DNA of 59,520 bases, filler included. It is 8 parts of 8 records of this genome, joined end to end, with 100 filler letters (N's around TTAATTAATTAA, not from the genome) between each part and the next. Parts side by side here need not be neighbours in the genome. Positions count along the whole stretch, not along the records: positions 26,083 to 36,987 come from SRR31147125_75280; positions 37,088 to 42,611 come from SRR31147125_75297; 6 more parts are not named here. One strand, 5' to 3'. Positions 28,509 through 38,991 of the stretch are shown here, piece by piece (the first letter of the stretch is position 1; the number at the start of each line of letters is the position of its first letter). The notes under the pieces were generated by a model. That model was not told where the DNA came from. It made no database searches and saw only the letters and a list, made by a program, of their open reading frames with translations. Both the position numbers and the translations under genes were made by a program.

Positions 28509-29174
28509 ATGGAAAAGCTTCTTTTTAAAGAAGAGCAGCGTTTTAATCAATGGTGGCTGTGGCTGATAATGATTATTGCATTGTTATCAGTCTTGGTTCC
28601 CTTTGCATGGGGGCTTTATTCTCAGGTGGTATTCAATGAGCCGTCTGGCGAAACTCCAATGAGCAAAGACGGTTTAATTGTAACCGGTGTATTTTCAGTA
28701 TTGCTGTTGGTATTTGTTTTTTTTGTGGTTTTTGGTTCAAAATTGAAAACAAAGATTACGCACGAAGGTATTTTTATAGCTTATCCGCCTTTTTTTAGAA
28801 AATGGAGAAAATACACACCGGCACAGATCGATAATTATGAGCTGCGTACTTTTAAAGCAAATCGCGAATTTGGAGGCCGGGGAATGCGTAAACGTAGAAA
28901 AAATGGGCAGGCGTTTATTATTACCGGGAATGTAGGATTACAACTCTTTTTAAAGGATGGACAAAAGTTGTTAATAGGAACGCAAAAGAAACAGGCTATT
29001 GAATATGCAATGGGGAAAATACTTACCGGTAAAAAGCATGTTTCATCAGCCGTGGGAGATGCAAAGAAAACAAAACCGGTATTTGGAAAGAAGGCACGAA
29101 AAATTCTAATAATTCTTACAATTGAGATTATTGTAGCCATTCTTATTTTTGTTTTTATACAAATTTTTAAGTGA
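28509..29174 (+). CDS. Membrane protein (DUF6141-like)
   Basis: F.EEQRF.QWW, two N-terminal TM helices, EFGG.G.R and GLQL.L.DG.KLLIGTQ. Confidence 0.7.
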   Translation: MEKLLFKEEQRFNQWWLWLIMIIALLSVLVPFAWGLYSQVVFNEPSGETPMSKDGLIVTGVFSVLLLVFVFFVVFGSKLKTKITHEGIFIAYPPFFRKWRKYTPAQIDNYELRTFKANREFGGRGMRKRRKNGQAFIITGNVGLQLFLKDGQKLLIGTQKKQAIEYAMGKILTGKKHVSSAVGDAKKTKPVFGKKARKILIILTIEIIVAILIFVFIQIFK

Positions 29175-29200
29175 GCTCGTAGCAAAAGAAGGGAGAGATT

Positions 29201-29368
29201 ATGGCGAAGAAAAAATCATTTGTACTACGCGTAAATCCTGAAATGATGGAGGCAGTGGAAAAATGGGCTGCCGACGATTTTAGGAGCACAAACGGGCAGC
29301 TGGAGTGGATAATTCATAAAGCTTTAAAAGATGCTAAACGTTTAAAGAAAGGAACTGAAAATGAGTAG
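29201..29368 (+). CDS. Arc-family ribbon-helix-helix DNA-binding protein (not in ORF track)
   Basis: MAKKKSFVLRVNPEMMEAVEKWAADDFRSTNGQLEWII..AL. Confidence 0.85.
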   Translation: MAKKKSFVLRVNPEMMEAVEKWAADDFRSTNGQLEWIIHKALKDAKRLKKGTENE

Positions 29369-29514
29369 ATATGAGCATTTGAAAAGGAGAAAAGAAAAGC
29401 GGTTTTTTGCAAAAATGACATCAACCCAAAAGCGGTTTTTAATAGCGGTTGTTTTTGGTATGCTTTTTTTTGCATGGCAATTGGCAATGTATTTAAAAAA
29501 CTAAGACTGAACAA

Positions 29515-30003
29515 ATGCGCAAAAACCTTACAGAAAAAGATAGACGAGATTTAAAAAGTCAATGTAAAATGGGTTTAAGTATATCCTTAATGGTATTCAT
29601 GTTCGCTACTATTATTGGAATAACTGTTTACGAAATAATTTTCGATTCCGACAGCACCGGACTGAATTCTCGGATGGCTATTTTAATTGCGGTTGGAGTT
29701 TTGTTTTTTGCTGTAATATTGAATTTTTTAATAAACTATAAATATTACAGCGATTTACGAAACAATGAAAAAAAACTGCTTCCTAAAAAACTAACAGGCA
29801 AATCAAAGTCTGTTGATCCTATTGCTTTTAAAGGTGCCAATTTAACGAAAGGCTATATTAACAGGTTTGAATTTATTGTGGATAACATGAAATTCAGAGT
29901 TGATGAAGAGTTGTATAAAAGTTGTGAAAAAGGAGATAAATTAATTTTTAGTTATGCTCTGAAAAGCAAATATTTACTAGATATTGAAAAAGTAGAAATT
30001 TAG
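29515..30003 (+). CDS. Hypothetical membrane protein
   Basis: Two TM segments; 162 aa. Confidence 0.6.
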   Translation: MRKNLTEKDRRDLKSQCKMGLSISLMVFMFATIIGITVYEIIFDSDSTGLNSRMAILIAVGVLFFAVILNFLINYKYYSDLRNNEKKLLPKKLTGKSKSVDPIAFKGANLTKGYINRFEFIVDNMKFRVDEELYKSCEKGDKLIFSYALKSKYLLDIEKVEI

Positions 30004-30082
30004 CCATTTAACTATTCAGCATGTAATGAAAGCCGTTTAGTTATACTAATGAATTGAAAACAATATTACAATCAAAAAAGCC

Positions 30083-30292
30083 ATGAAAAAACATTACTCT
30101 TGCCCCAAGTGTAACGGTTGGGAGTACGAAACCGATGAAATAAGGACTACCGGTGCCGGTTTTACCAAGTATTTTAATATTCAAAACAGAAGATTTACAA
30201 CGGTATCGTGTAAACGTTGCGGTTATACAGAGTTTTACCGAAGTGGGCGCTCAGGAGGAGCAAGTAATATTTTAGATTTCCTTACCAATTAG
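30083..30292 (+). CDS. Zinc-ribbon nucleic-acid-binding protein (YpzJ/DUF2082-like)
   Basis: CPKC...FNIQNRRF..VSC.RCGYTEFY...ILDF. Confidence 0.85.
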   Translation: MKKHYSCPKCNGWEYETDEIRTTGAGFTKYFNIQNRRFTTVSCKRCGYTEFYRSGRSGGASNILDFLTN

Positions 30293-30382
30293 TTTATATT
30301 CCATTCATTTTTAATTTGTTTGGGTTTCTAATTTTCAGAATTTAGAGTTAACTTAAGCCATTAATTCTAAACTAAACCTGAA

Positions 30383-31732
30383 ATGAACAAATCTCAAACG
30401 CGGCGCGATTTTGTAAAGAAATCGGCCATCCTTACTTCTTCGTTGGCAATAGGTGGAATTTTACCCGGATTTAGTGCCGAAAGTTATAAACGAATTTCCG
30501 GTGCAAACGATAAATTACGTGCTTCTGTAATGGGGGTAAATTCGCGGGGAAATGCACTTGCCAAGAATTTTGCTTTTCAAAAAGAATGCGATGTTATTCA
30601 TATTTGCGATGTGGATTCGCGAGCCATAAAAAAATGTATTTCAAATCTGGGCGGAATCCAGAATTTCGAACCTAAAGCATTTGAAGATGTTCGAAAATCG
30701 CTCGATAGCAAAGATGTTGATATACTTGTTGTAGCTGCTCCTGACCATTGGCATGCACCGGCTGCTTTAATGGCCATGCAGGCCGGAAAACATGTTTATC
30801 TTGAAAAACCATGCAGTCATAATCCTGCAGAAGGAGAGATTTTAGTTGAGGCAGCTTCGTACTACAAAAAGTCGGTTCAAATGGGTAACCAGCGGCGTTC
30901 GTGGCCCAATGTAATGGAAGCTATTGCCGAGCTAAAAAAAGGCGTTATTGGTCGCCCGTATTTTGGTAAAGGATGGTATTCTAATAATCGTGGCCCTATT
31001 GGCGAAGGCAAAAAAGTAGCTGTTCCCGATTGGCTAAATTGGGATTTGTGGCAGGGACCAGCCCCCCGTAGAGAATACCGCGATAACATTGTGCACTACA
31101 ACTGGCATTGGTTTTGGCATTGGGGAACCGGCGAGGCATTAAATAACGGCACGCACATGATTGACCTTTTGCGTTGGGGATTTGATGTGGATTACCCTGT
31201 TAAAGTGAGCTCAAACGGAGGCCGTTACCGATATAAAGATGATTGGGAAGCGCCCGATACGCAGGTGATAAATCTGGATTACGATAGTGGAATTTCAATG
31301 TCGTGGGAAGGACGCAGCTGCAACGGAAAGAAAATTGAAGGCAGCTCGGTAGGGGTGATGTTTTATGGCGAAGAAGGAACGCTGATGATTCCCGGAGGAA
31401 ACGAATATAAAATTTTCGACCTTCAAAATAAACTGGTAAAAGAAGTAAAAGACTCGAAAGAGGTTGACCCGCGCGATTTGTCAAATCCTGCCAGTCATTT
31501 AGATGCACTTCATATTCGTAATTTATTCAATAATATTCAGAAAAATGAGCCTTTAAAAGCCGGTATAAAATCGGGTCACACCAGCACACTTTTGGTTCAG
31601 CTGGGTAACATTGCACAACGTGTGGGACATTCGCTGGAAATTAATCCTGAAAACGGACATATTTTAAAAGACAAAGCCGCAGAAAAACTGTGGTCGCGCG
31701 ATTATGAAAAAGGTTGGGAAATGAAACTTTAA
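30383..31732 (+). CDS. Tat-exported Gfo/Idh/MocA oxidoreductase
   Basis: TRRDFVK signal, GVNSRG, PDHWHA, YLEKP and WDLWQGPAP motifs. Confidence 0.9.
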   Translation: MNKSQTRRDFVKKSAILTSSLAIGGILPGFSAESYKRISGANDKLRASVMGVNSRGNALAKNFAFQKECDVIHICDVDSRAIKKCISNLGGIQNFEPKAFEDVRKSLDSKDVDILVVAAPDHWHAPAALMAMQAGKHVYLEKPCSHNPAEGEILVEAASYYKKSVQMGNQRRSWPNVMEAIAELKKGVIGRPYFGKGWYSNNRGPIGEGKKVAVPDWLNWDLWQGPAPRREYRDNIVHYNWHWFWHWGTGEALNNGTHMIDLLRWGFDVDYPVKVSSNGGRYRYKDDWEAPDTQVINLDYDSGISMSWEGRSCNGKKIEGSSVGVMFYGEEGTLMIPGGNEYKIFDLQNKLVKEVKDSKEVDPRDLSNPASHLDALHIRNLFNNIQKNEPLKAGIKSGHTSTLLVQLGNIAQRVGHSLEINPENGHILKDKAAEKLWSRDYEKGWEMKL

Positions 31733-31742
31733 ATCTTTTACA

Positions 31743-32720
31743 ATGAGCACCAGAAGAACATTTATTAAAACTGCGGGAAGTGGCTTGGCAGTTTCTGCAT
31801 TTGCTCCGGGGATTTTCGCGAATTCAAATGAACAAGAAAAGAAAAAAGTAATAGGAATAATTGGAGCAGAAAATTCGCACACAGCCGGCTACGGAAAATT
31901 GTTCAATATCGACAAACATTTCCCCGATTTTGAGGTGAAATATGTTTGGGGCGAAACCGATGAATTTGCGAAAAAAGCAATGGAAAAAGGTAAGATTCCA
32001 ATTCAGGTAAAAGACCCGCAGGAAATGTTGGGGAAGATTGATGCACTGATTGTAGACCACCGCCATGCAAAATACCATCTCGAAGCGGCAACTCCTTTTA
32101 TAAAAGAAAGAATTCCAACTTTTATTGATAAACCATTTTGTTACCGGGCCGCCGAAGGAAAAGAGTTTTTAGAGCTGGCACATAAACTTGAAACTCCTGT
32201 TTCGTCATATAGTTCTATTGCCCAAAGTGCAGGTACTTTCGATATGATGGAGCAACTACAATCAATGAAAGAAATTAGACAGGTGGTGCGAACCGGAACT
32301 GTTGATTTAGACTCGAAATACGGAGGTGTTTTCTTCTATGGAATTCATATTGTTCAGCCACTTTTATACCTGGTTGGCGACGATGTTGAGCAGGTGAAAA
32401 TCAGCAGAAATGGTAGTTATGGAAATGCTTCACTAAAATTCGCATCAGGATTGTTTGCCACATTAATTTTTAAAGAAAAAGCTTACGGCTGGGAAACTTT
32501 TGTTGAGGCGAAAGATGGATTCAAGGAATTGAAACCTCGTGTTGAAGAACCAACTCCCGGGAAGAATTATACTGATATGGTTGAAATGTTCCGAACCGGA
32601 AAAGAACCACGCACGCATCAGAGTATTTTAAATTGTGTTTCAGTGTTGGAAGCTCTCGAAAAATCGGCTGTTTCAGAAAAATGGGTAGATGTTAACTATC
32701 AAAAATTAAGTTATGAGTAA
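31743..32720 (+). CDS. Tat-exported Gfo/Idh/MocA-like oxidoreductase
   Basis: TRRTFIK signal, IGIIGAENSH, FIDKP and FFYGIH motifs. Confidence 0.8.
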   Translation: MSTRRTFIKTAGSGLAVSAFAPGIFANSNEQEKKKVIGIIGAENSHTAGYGKLFNIDKHFPDFEVKYVWGETDEFAKKAMEKGKIPIQVKDPQEMLGKIDALIVDHRHAKYHLEAATPFIKERIPTFIDKPFCYRAAEGKEFLELAHKLETPVSSYSSIAQSAGTFDMMEQLQSMKEIRQVVRTGTVDLDSKYGGVFFYGIHIVQPLLYLVGDDVEQVKISRNGSYGNASLKFASGLFATLIFKEKAYGWETFVEAKDGFKELKPRVEEPTPGKNYTDMVEMFRTGKEPRTHQSILNCVSVLEALEKSAVSEKWVDVNYQKLSYE

Positions 32721-33945
32721 GCTCCAAAATTCGTTGTTCTTTTTCATACTGTTTTCGTTCTTTTCTACTAGTTGTATTCATGCACAAACTACGGTTGAAG
32801 GAATCCATTATGCTACAGGAAAACTTGTTCAGGTTAGTATTCAAAATGGCCTGATTTCAGAAATTCAGGAAATTGATAAACTCTCAGAAAAAAGTAAGAA
32901 GCTAATAATTGCTCCCGGTTTTTTCGATAATCAGGTAAATGGTTTTGCCGGTGTTTCTTTTGCTTTTGGTGGGGGAGAACTAAATGCAGAAGGAGTTGAG
33001 AAGGCAACACGCGAACTTTGGAAATGTGGTGTTACAACTTATCTTCCAACGCTTACTACCAACAGTCAGGAAGTTTTGGTTAATAATTTTAAGGTTCTGG
33101 CCGAAGCTACCGAAAACGAAAGTTTGCTGGGCTCAATTCCCGGATTTCATTTGGAAGGACCATATATTAATCCTGAGGACGGTTTTCGAGGTGCACATCC
33201 TAAACGATTTGTGCGCTTGCCCGATTGGGACGAATTTATTGAAATGTACGAAGCTTCAGGAAAGAAAATACTTCAGGCAACTGTTGCACCCGAAATGGAA
33301 GGAGTACAAGAGTTTATTAAAAAATGTACAGCCATGGGAATTACTGTGGCTGTTGGACATCATAATGCTAACACCAAACAGTTGAACCAGGCCGTGAAAA
33401 ATGGTGCAAAAATTTCAACTCATTTGGGCAATGGTTGTGCAAATATGATTAACCGTCATAGAAATCCACTCTGGCCGCAACTGGCAAACGACGATTTAAT
33501 GATTAGTATTATTTGCGATGGTTTTCATTTATTGCCCGAAGAAATACAGGTGTTTTTCAAAGTTAAGGGAGTAGAAAATACTGTTATTACTTCCGATGTT
33601 ACAAGTTATGCGGCACTTCCTCCCGGAGAATATAAAACCCAAACCGGCGAAACCATTGAACTTACTAAAGAAGGCATGTTACGCTATCCGGCGCAGAATG
33701 TTTTGTACGGTTCGGCCTCGCCAATTACCAAAGGAGTGGGGCATATTATGAAAGTTACAGCTTGCTCGCTGGCCGATGCGGTTACAATGGCCAGTACAAA
33801 TCCTGCAAAATTAAATGGCTTAACCGACCGCGGAAAACTGGAAATTGGGAAAAGGGCGGATTTGGTTTTGTTTACACTCGAAAATTTTCAAGTTAAAGTA
33901 GAGAAGACATTTGTAAGGGGGAAGCTGGTTTATTCAAAAAAGTGA
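32713..33945 (+). CDS. nagA: N-acetylglucosamine-6-phosphate deacetylase-like amidohydrolase with N-terminal signal peptide
   Basis: PGFFDNQVNG, HLEGPYI, THLGNG, ICDGFH, NPA and GKRADL motifs; hydrophobic leader ending IHA|Q. Confidence 0.8.
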   Translation: MSKLQNSLFFFILFSFFSTSCIHAQTTVEGIHYATGKLVQVSIQNGLISEIQEIDKLSEKSKKLIIAPGFFDNQVNGFAGVSFAFGGGELNAEGVEKATRELWKCGVTTYLPTLTTNSQEVLVNNFKVLAEATENESLLGSIPGFHLEGPYINPEDGFRGAHPKRFVRLPDWDEFIEMYEASGKKILQATVAPEMEGVQEFIKKCTAMGITVAVGHHNANTKQLNQAVKNGAKISTHLGNGCANMINRHRNPLWPQLANDDLMISIICDGFHLLPEEIQVFFKVKGVENTVITSDVTSYAALPPGEYKTQTGETIELTKEGMLRYPAQNVLYGSASPITKGVGHIMKVTACSLADAVTMASTNPAKLNGLTDRGKLEIGKRADLVLFTLENFQVKVEKTFVRGKLVYSKK

Positions 33946-34017
33946 ATGCCGGAAAATGCCGTTGGAGCCAGTCTCAAATTTAGGGAAACAAGTATGCTGA
34001 CGGATTTATCCAAAGAA

Positions 34018-34052
34018 AAACCTGACAGCGTTCGAGAGACCTGTCAGCGTTT
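34018..34052. repeat. REP-like palindrome
   Basis: AAAC-CTGACAG-N12-CTGTCAG-CGTTT, intergenic within the operon. Confidence 0.6.
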
Positions 34053-34079
34053 AAATAACTACAATAGCTAAATTTAAAG

Positions 34080-35315
34080 ATGACTAAACTAAGAAAACGA
34101 ATTTTACTAGCCCTCGCAGCAGTCGGCCCCGGATTATTCCTAATTGGCTACAACATAGGAACCGGCAGCGTAACAACCATGGCAAAATCGGGAGCGGAAC
34201 ACGGTATGTCCTTGTTTTGGGCTTTGGTTTTATCGTGTGTATTTACGTTTGTACTAATGGTTGCCTATGGAAAACTTACTTTGGTTTCCGGGAAAACTGC
34301 ACTTTTCAACATTAAATCGGAGTTTAAATTTGGCTGGATACTGGCGCTTTATATTTTAATCGCATTAATAATTGGCGAATTACTTGCATTAATTGGCGTA
34401 ATGGGAATTGTGGCCGACCTGCTTCAGGAAGGAATTAAGATTTTAACCGGTGGAGAAACCATTCATACAGGCTGGATTATTCTGGCAGTAGTTCCGTTTT
34501 TATACCTTTTACTTTGGTTTGGGCATTACAAACAATTCGAAAAAGTGCTTACCGTTTTTGTTATTCTAATGGGGCTTTGTTTTGTGGTAGTGTTTTTTAT
34601 GCTGAAGCCAGATTATTCAAGCATATTAAAGGGAATGGTACCATCGATTCCGAAAGAACCGGGCGCGTTTGGTTTGGTGGCTGCAATGGCCGGAACCACT
34701 TGCTCGGCTGCAGTATTTATTATTAGAAGTACAGTTGTTGCCGAAAAAGGCTGGACCATTAAAAATCTGAAATCGGAGAAAAAAGATGCAATGGTTTCTG
34801 CCGGAATGATGTTGTTTTTAAGCGGAATAATTATGGCCGTGGCAGCAGGAACTTTGCATGTAATGGGCCTAAAATTGGACAATACCGTGGAAATGATTTA
34901 CCTGTTCGAACCCATTGGAGGAAAAGTTGCAGCCATTATATTAATTCTTGGAATAGCCGGGGCCGGACTATCAACCGTTTTCCCAATTGTTTTAATTGCT
35001 CCGTGGCTAATTTCTGATTATACAGGTAAACCACGCGATATTCGCTCGCCCATGTTTCGCTGGCTTATTTTGCTGGGGCTTGTATTTGCTTTTGGTTCGG
35101 TTATCCTCGAACAACGGCCACCTGCATTAATGATTTTCTCGCAGGCGTTTCAGGCTTGTATTTTGCCCGCTGTGGCCATTCCTGTTTTTATTTTGTTGAA
35201 TAAGAAAAAACTAATGAATAACTACCTGGCAAACTGGCAAACAAACCTCGGACTTGTTGCAGTAATTTTATTTTCGCTGATAACGACCTGGTTTGCCATT
35301 ACTGAATTATTTTAA
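34080..35315 (+). CDS. NRAMP-fold (YcsG-like) transporter
   Basis: GPGL...IGTGSVTT...GA..G..L.W pattern; about 11 TM segments. Confidence 0.8.
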   Translation: MTKLRKRILLALAAVGPGLFLIGYNIGTGSVTTMAKSGAEHGMSLFWALVLSCVFTFVLMVAYGKLTLVSGKTALFNIKSEFKFGWILALYILIALIIGELLALIGVMGIVADLLQEGIKILTGGETIHTGWIILAVVPFLYLLLWFGHYKQFEKVLTVFVILMGLCFVVVFFMLKPDYSSILKGMVPSIPKEPGAFGLVAAMAGTTCSAAVFIIRSTVVAEKGWTIKNLKSEKKDAMVSAGMMLFLSGIIMAVAAGTLHVMGLKLDNTVEMIYLFEPIGGKVAAIILILGIAGAGLSTVFPIVLIAPWLISDYTGKPRDIRSPMFRWLILLGLVFAFGSVILEQRPPALMIFSQAFQACILPAVAIPVFILLNKKKLMNNYLANWQTNLGLVAVILFSLITTWFAITELF

Positions 35316-35334
35316 ACCAACAACAACAACAACA

Positions 35335-36093
35335 ATGAAAAAAGAATTTCAAAAAGAAAAATTAAGAGTAAAAATATTTGAAACTCGTGAAGAAATGGGA
35401 GCTGAAGCTGCGGTAAATGTAGCTACAGTTCTTAACCAGGCAATTAATGAAAAAGGCTTTGCCAATTTAATTTTGGCAACCGGAGCTTCGCAGTTTTCTT
35501 TTCTCGAAAATCTTCAGAAACATCAAATCGACTGGAAGAAGATTACTGTTTTCCACCTCGATGAGTACAAAGATATGCCCGTTACACATCCGGCAAGTTT
35601 TCGGAAATATTTGAAAGAAAGGATTCTCGATAAAGTTCAACCCAAACAAGTCTATTATTTGAATGGCGATGCAGAAGATATTGAAACTGAAGTAAAACGA
35701 TACGAAGAATTGCTCCAAAATCATCCGATTGATATTGCTTGCATTGGAATTGGCGAAAACGGACACATTGCTTTTAACGATCCGCCAGTGGCCGATTTTA
35801 ACGATCCGCGTTTGGTAAAAGTGGTAGAACTTGATGAGGCCTGCCGCAAACAACAATTGGGCGAAGGCTGGTTTCCAACGTTCGACGATGTGCCAACCCA
35901 CGCACTTTCGTTAACTATTTCTGCAATAATTCGGTGTAATAAAATAAGTTGCGTTGTGCCCGATGAGCGAAAATCAGAAGCTGTTTTTAATACTTTAAAC
36001 GCTGAAATTTCAACAAAATGTCCGGCAACAATTTTAAGAACGCACAACGATACTATTTTGTATTTAGACGAAGGTTCGGCAGGTAATTTATAG
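35335..36093 (+). CDS. nagB: Glucosamine-6-phosphate deaminase
   Basis: ILATGASQ, FHLDEY, HPASFR.YL, GIGENGHIAFNDP and CPATILR.H motifs. Confidence 0.88.
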   Translation: MKKEFQKEKLRVKIFETREEMGAEAAVNVATVLNQAINEKGFANLILATGASQFSFLENLQKHQIDWKKITVFHLDEYKDMPVTHPASFRKYLKERILDKVQPKQVYYLNGDAEDIETEVKRYEELLQNHPIDIACIGIGENGHIAFNDPPVADFNDPRLVKVVELDEACRKQQLGEGWFPTFDDVPTHALSLTISAIIRCNKISCVVPDERKSEAVFNTLNAEISTKCPATILRTHNDTILYLDEGSAGNL

Positions 36094-36156
36094 TTGCCTT
36101 TTAACTTTACTTTAAATCCGTTGACGAAAAAAATCCTCAGTAGGTTTGCACTGTAA

Positions 36157-36987
<831 letters not shown>

Positions 36988-37087
36988 NNNNNNNNNNNNN
37001 NNNNNNNNNNNNNNNNNNNNNNNNNNNNNNNTTAATTAATTAANNNNNNNNNNNNNNNNNNNNNNNNNNNNNNNNNNNNNNNNNNNN
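36988..37087. other. Artificial contig linker
   Basis: N44-TTAATTAATTAA-N44. Confidence 0.99.
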
Positions 37088-37089
37088 GA

Positions 37090-37239
37090 ATTATTCCTCT
37101 CGCCTTATTCGGCGGTGACTTTTTCAGACCTTTAGCAGTTACTTTTATGGGAGGTATGTTCACTTCGACATTGCTGGTATTATTTATAATACCCCAGCTT
37201 TATTACATTACCAACAGAAAAAAGAATGTTTCAAAATAG
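37090..37239 (+). CDS. RND efflux permease (AcrB family), C-terminal fragment
   Basis: IIPLALFGGDFFRPLAVTFMGGMFTSTLLVLFIIP.LY. Confidence 0.8.
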   Translation: MIPLALFGGDFFRPLAVTFMGGMFTSTLLVLFIIPQLYYITNRKKNVSK

Positions 37240-37327
37240 TGGCTATTATGTGAATGTAGTGCTTGTTCTATAGAAAAATCTGGATTTACCTGCTATAATG
37301 AACTATAAAATTACAGCAGGTGAATTA

Positions 37328-38247
37328 ATGACTCAGAAAATTTTAATATTGCTTTCACATATGATAACCTTCGCCATAGCCCAACTGCCAATAATTATGG
37401 CGGTATTCTACAAACGGTTAAATTTGGGATACAAGTATGATTATCAGTCCATGCTTAGGATTGCACCCATTTCCGCAATATTAATTATCGTATCAGCCTA
37501 CAAAGTCGTTTATATTGCCTTATTCAGCCATCAGTCCGCAGACATAAGCGTAAATTTATCATTATTCTTTGCAATTGCATTTATCGTGTGTTTATTTTTA
37601 AGCATATATTTTATAATAGACAGAGCAACATTGCATTTTAAACGGAAGCCCAAAAGACTTATTCTAAATATCTCTGCAGGTATAATGATTTTATTGGCTA
37701 TCTACACAATATTTCAATTGGTCTTCCAGTCTCAGGAAAATGACTTCAACTACATTGATATGGCACTAGATTATATGTACCCTGCTTTGACCGGTGTATT
37801 ATCCTTAGCTGGAATTGTTTCGCTATTCTTCTATAAACGTGCCGATAAATCTCAAAAAATTTATTCATTTATTTTTGTAGGCAGCATACCTCTTTTAATA
37901 TTGGATATTGTTTTCGCAGGACAAAAAAGCTTTATGCTTACAGGCATTCCCTATATTGCATATATCATCGAAATTTTTATTGAAGTTTTCAGCAGTGCGA
38001 CAGATGATAATAAGATAATCGACAAAGATGACGATGCATTAAAAAAACAATTTGACCTTACCGATAGAGAGATTGAGGTATATATACTGGCAGCTCAGGG
38101 GTTATCCAATCAGGAAATCAGTGAAAAACTTTTGTAAGTGTTCATACGATAAAAACTCACCTGCAGCATATTTTCTCCAAAATGAATATAAGCAACCGTT
38201 ATCAATTAATTCATTCCCACAAAGAAAAACAAAACGATGATGAATAA
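37328..38247 (+). CDS. Membrane-anchored LuxR-family transcriptional regulator, 1-nt deletion at T4 38130-38133
   Basis: About 7 TM segments, then LTDREIEV..LAAQGLSNQEISEKL, which joins in the -1 frame to FVSVHTIKTHLQHIFSKM...R.QLI. Confidence 0.82.
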
Positions 38248-38248
38248 T

Positions 38249-38686
38249 TTAGTCAAACATATATATGCTTTTATCTACTCGATTTGTCGAAAGTATTATC
38301 AGTGTTTCTGTAGTTCCGAACTTTCTTAAAATATCTATCATTTCCTCTAATTCAGACGTCTGTGAAACCAAAACTTTGACAGACAGACTATACCTTCCTG
38401 TAATATGCTCATAATTAATAACATTTTGATTGCTATTCAAAAGTTCAACTATTTGCTCCCTCGTACCTCTTAACTGTACCAGATTAATTCTTGCCATAAT
38501 ATTTTTATCCATTTTTTTGGCATTTATTATGGTGCTGTAGCCCTCTATTATCCCAAGACTTTCAAGTTTATTTATACGTGATGTAACAGCAGGCGGACTA
38601 AGGTGAACCTTCCCTGCAATATATTTGTTCGGTACTCTTGCGTCATTTTGTAATATTTCCAGTATTTTCTTGTCAATCTTATCCAT
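38249..38686 (-). CDS. Lrp/AsnC family regulator
   Basis: MDKIDKKILEILQNDAR...LSPPAV..RI.KLE..GIIEGY. Confidence 0.93.
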   Translation of the reverse strand: MDKIDKKILEILQNDARVPNKYIAGKVHLSPPAVTSRINKLESLGIIEGYSTIINAKKMDKNIMARINLVQLRGTREQIVELLNSNQNVINYEHITGRYSLSVKVLVSQTSELEEMIDILRKFGTTETLIILSTNRVDKSIYMFD

Positions 38687-38991
38687 TTTCCACCTGCTGA
38701 TACTTATAATTATAAAGTTATTAACTCAGATTATTTTATTTTATAAAGTTAATAGTGAGATTATATATTATTTGTATCCTGTTTTCAATAAATCTTTTAA
38801 CTTTTCAAAATAAATATTATAATGGTCGGACATGGATATTAAACGAAAATATCTAAATTTTACTCTCTAAATTTTTTTTACACAGCACCATTTGTTTGGT
38901 GCTTTTTTTCTATAATATTTAATTGGCATAATATAGTTTTGTATGATAAAATACCTATGACAAAAACATATTGTAAGAAAGGTGAACACTC

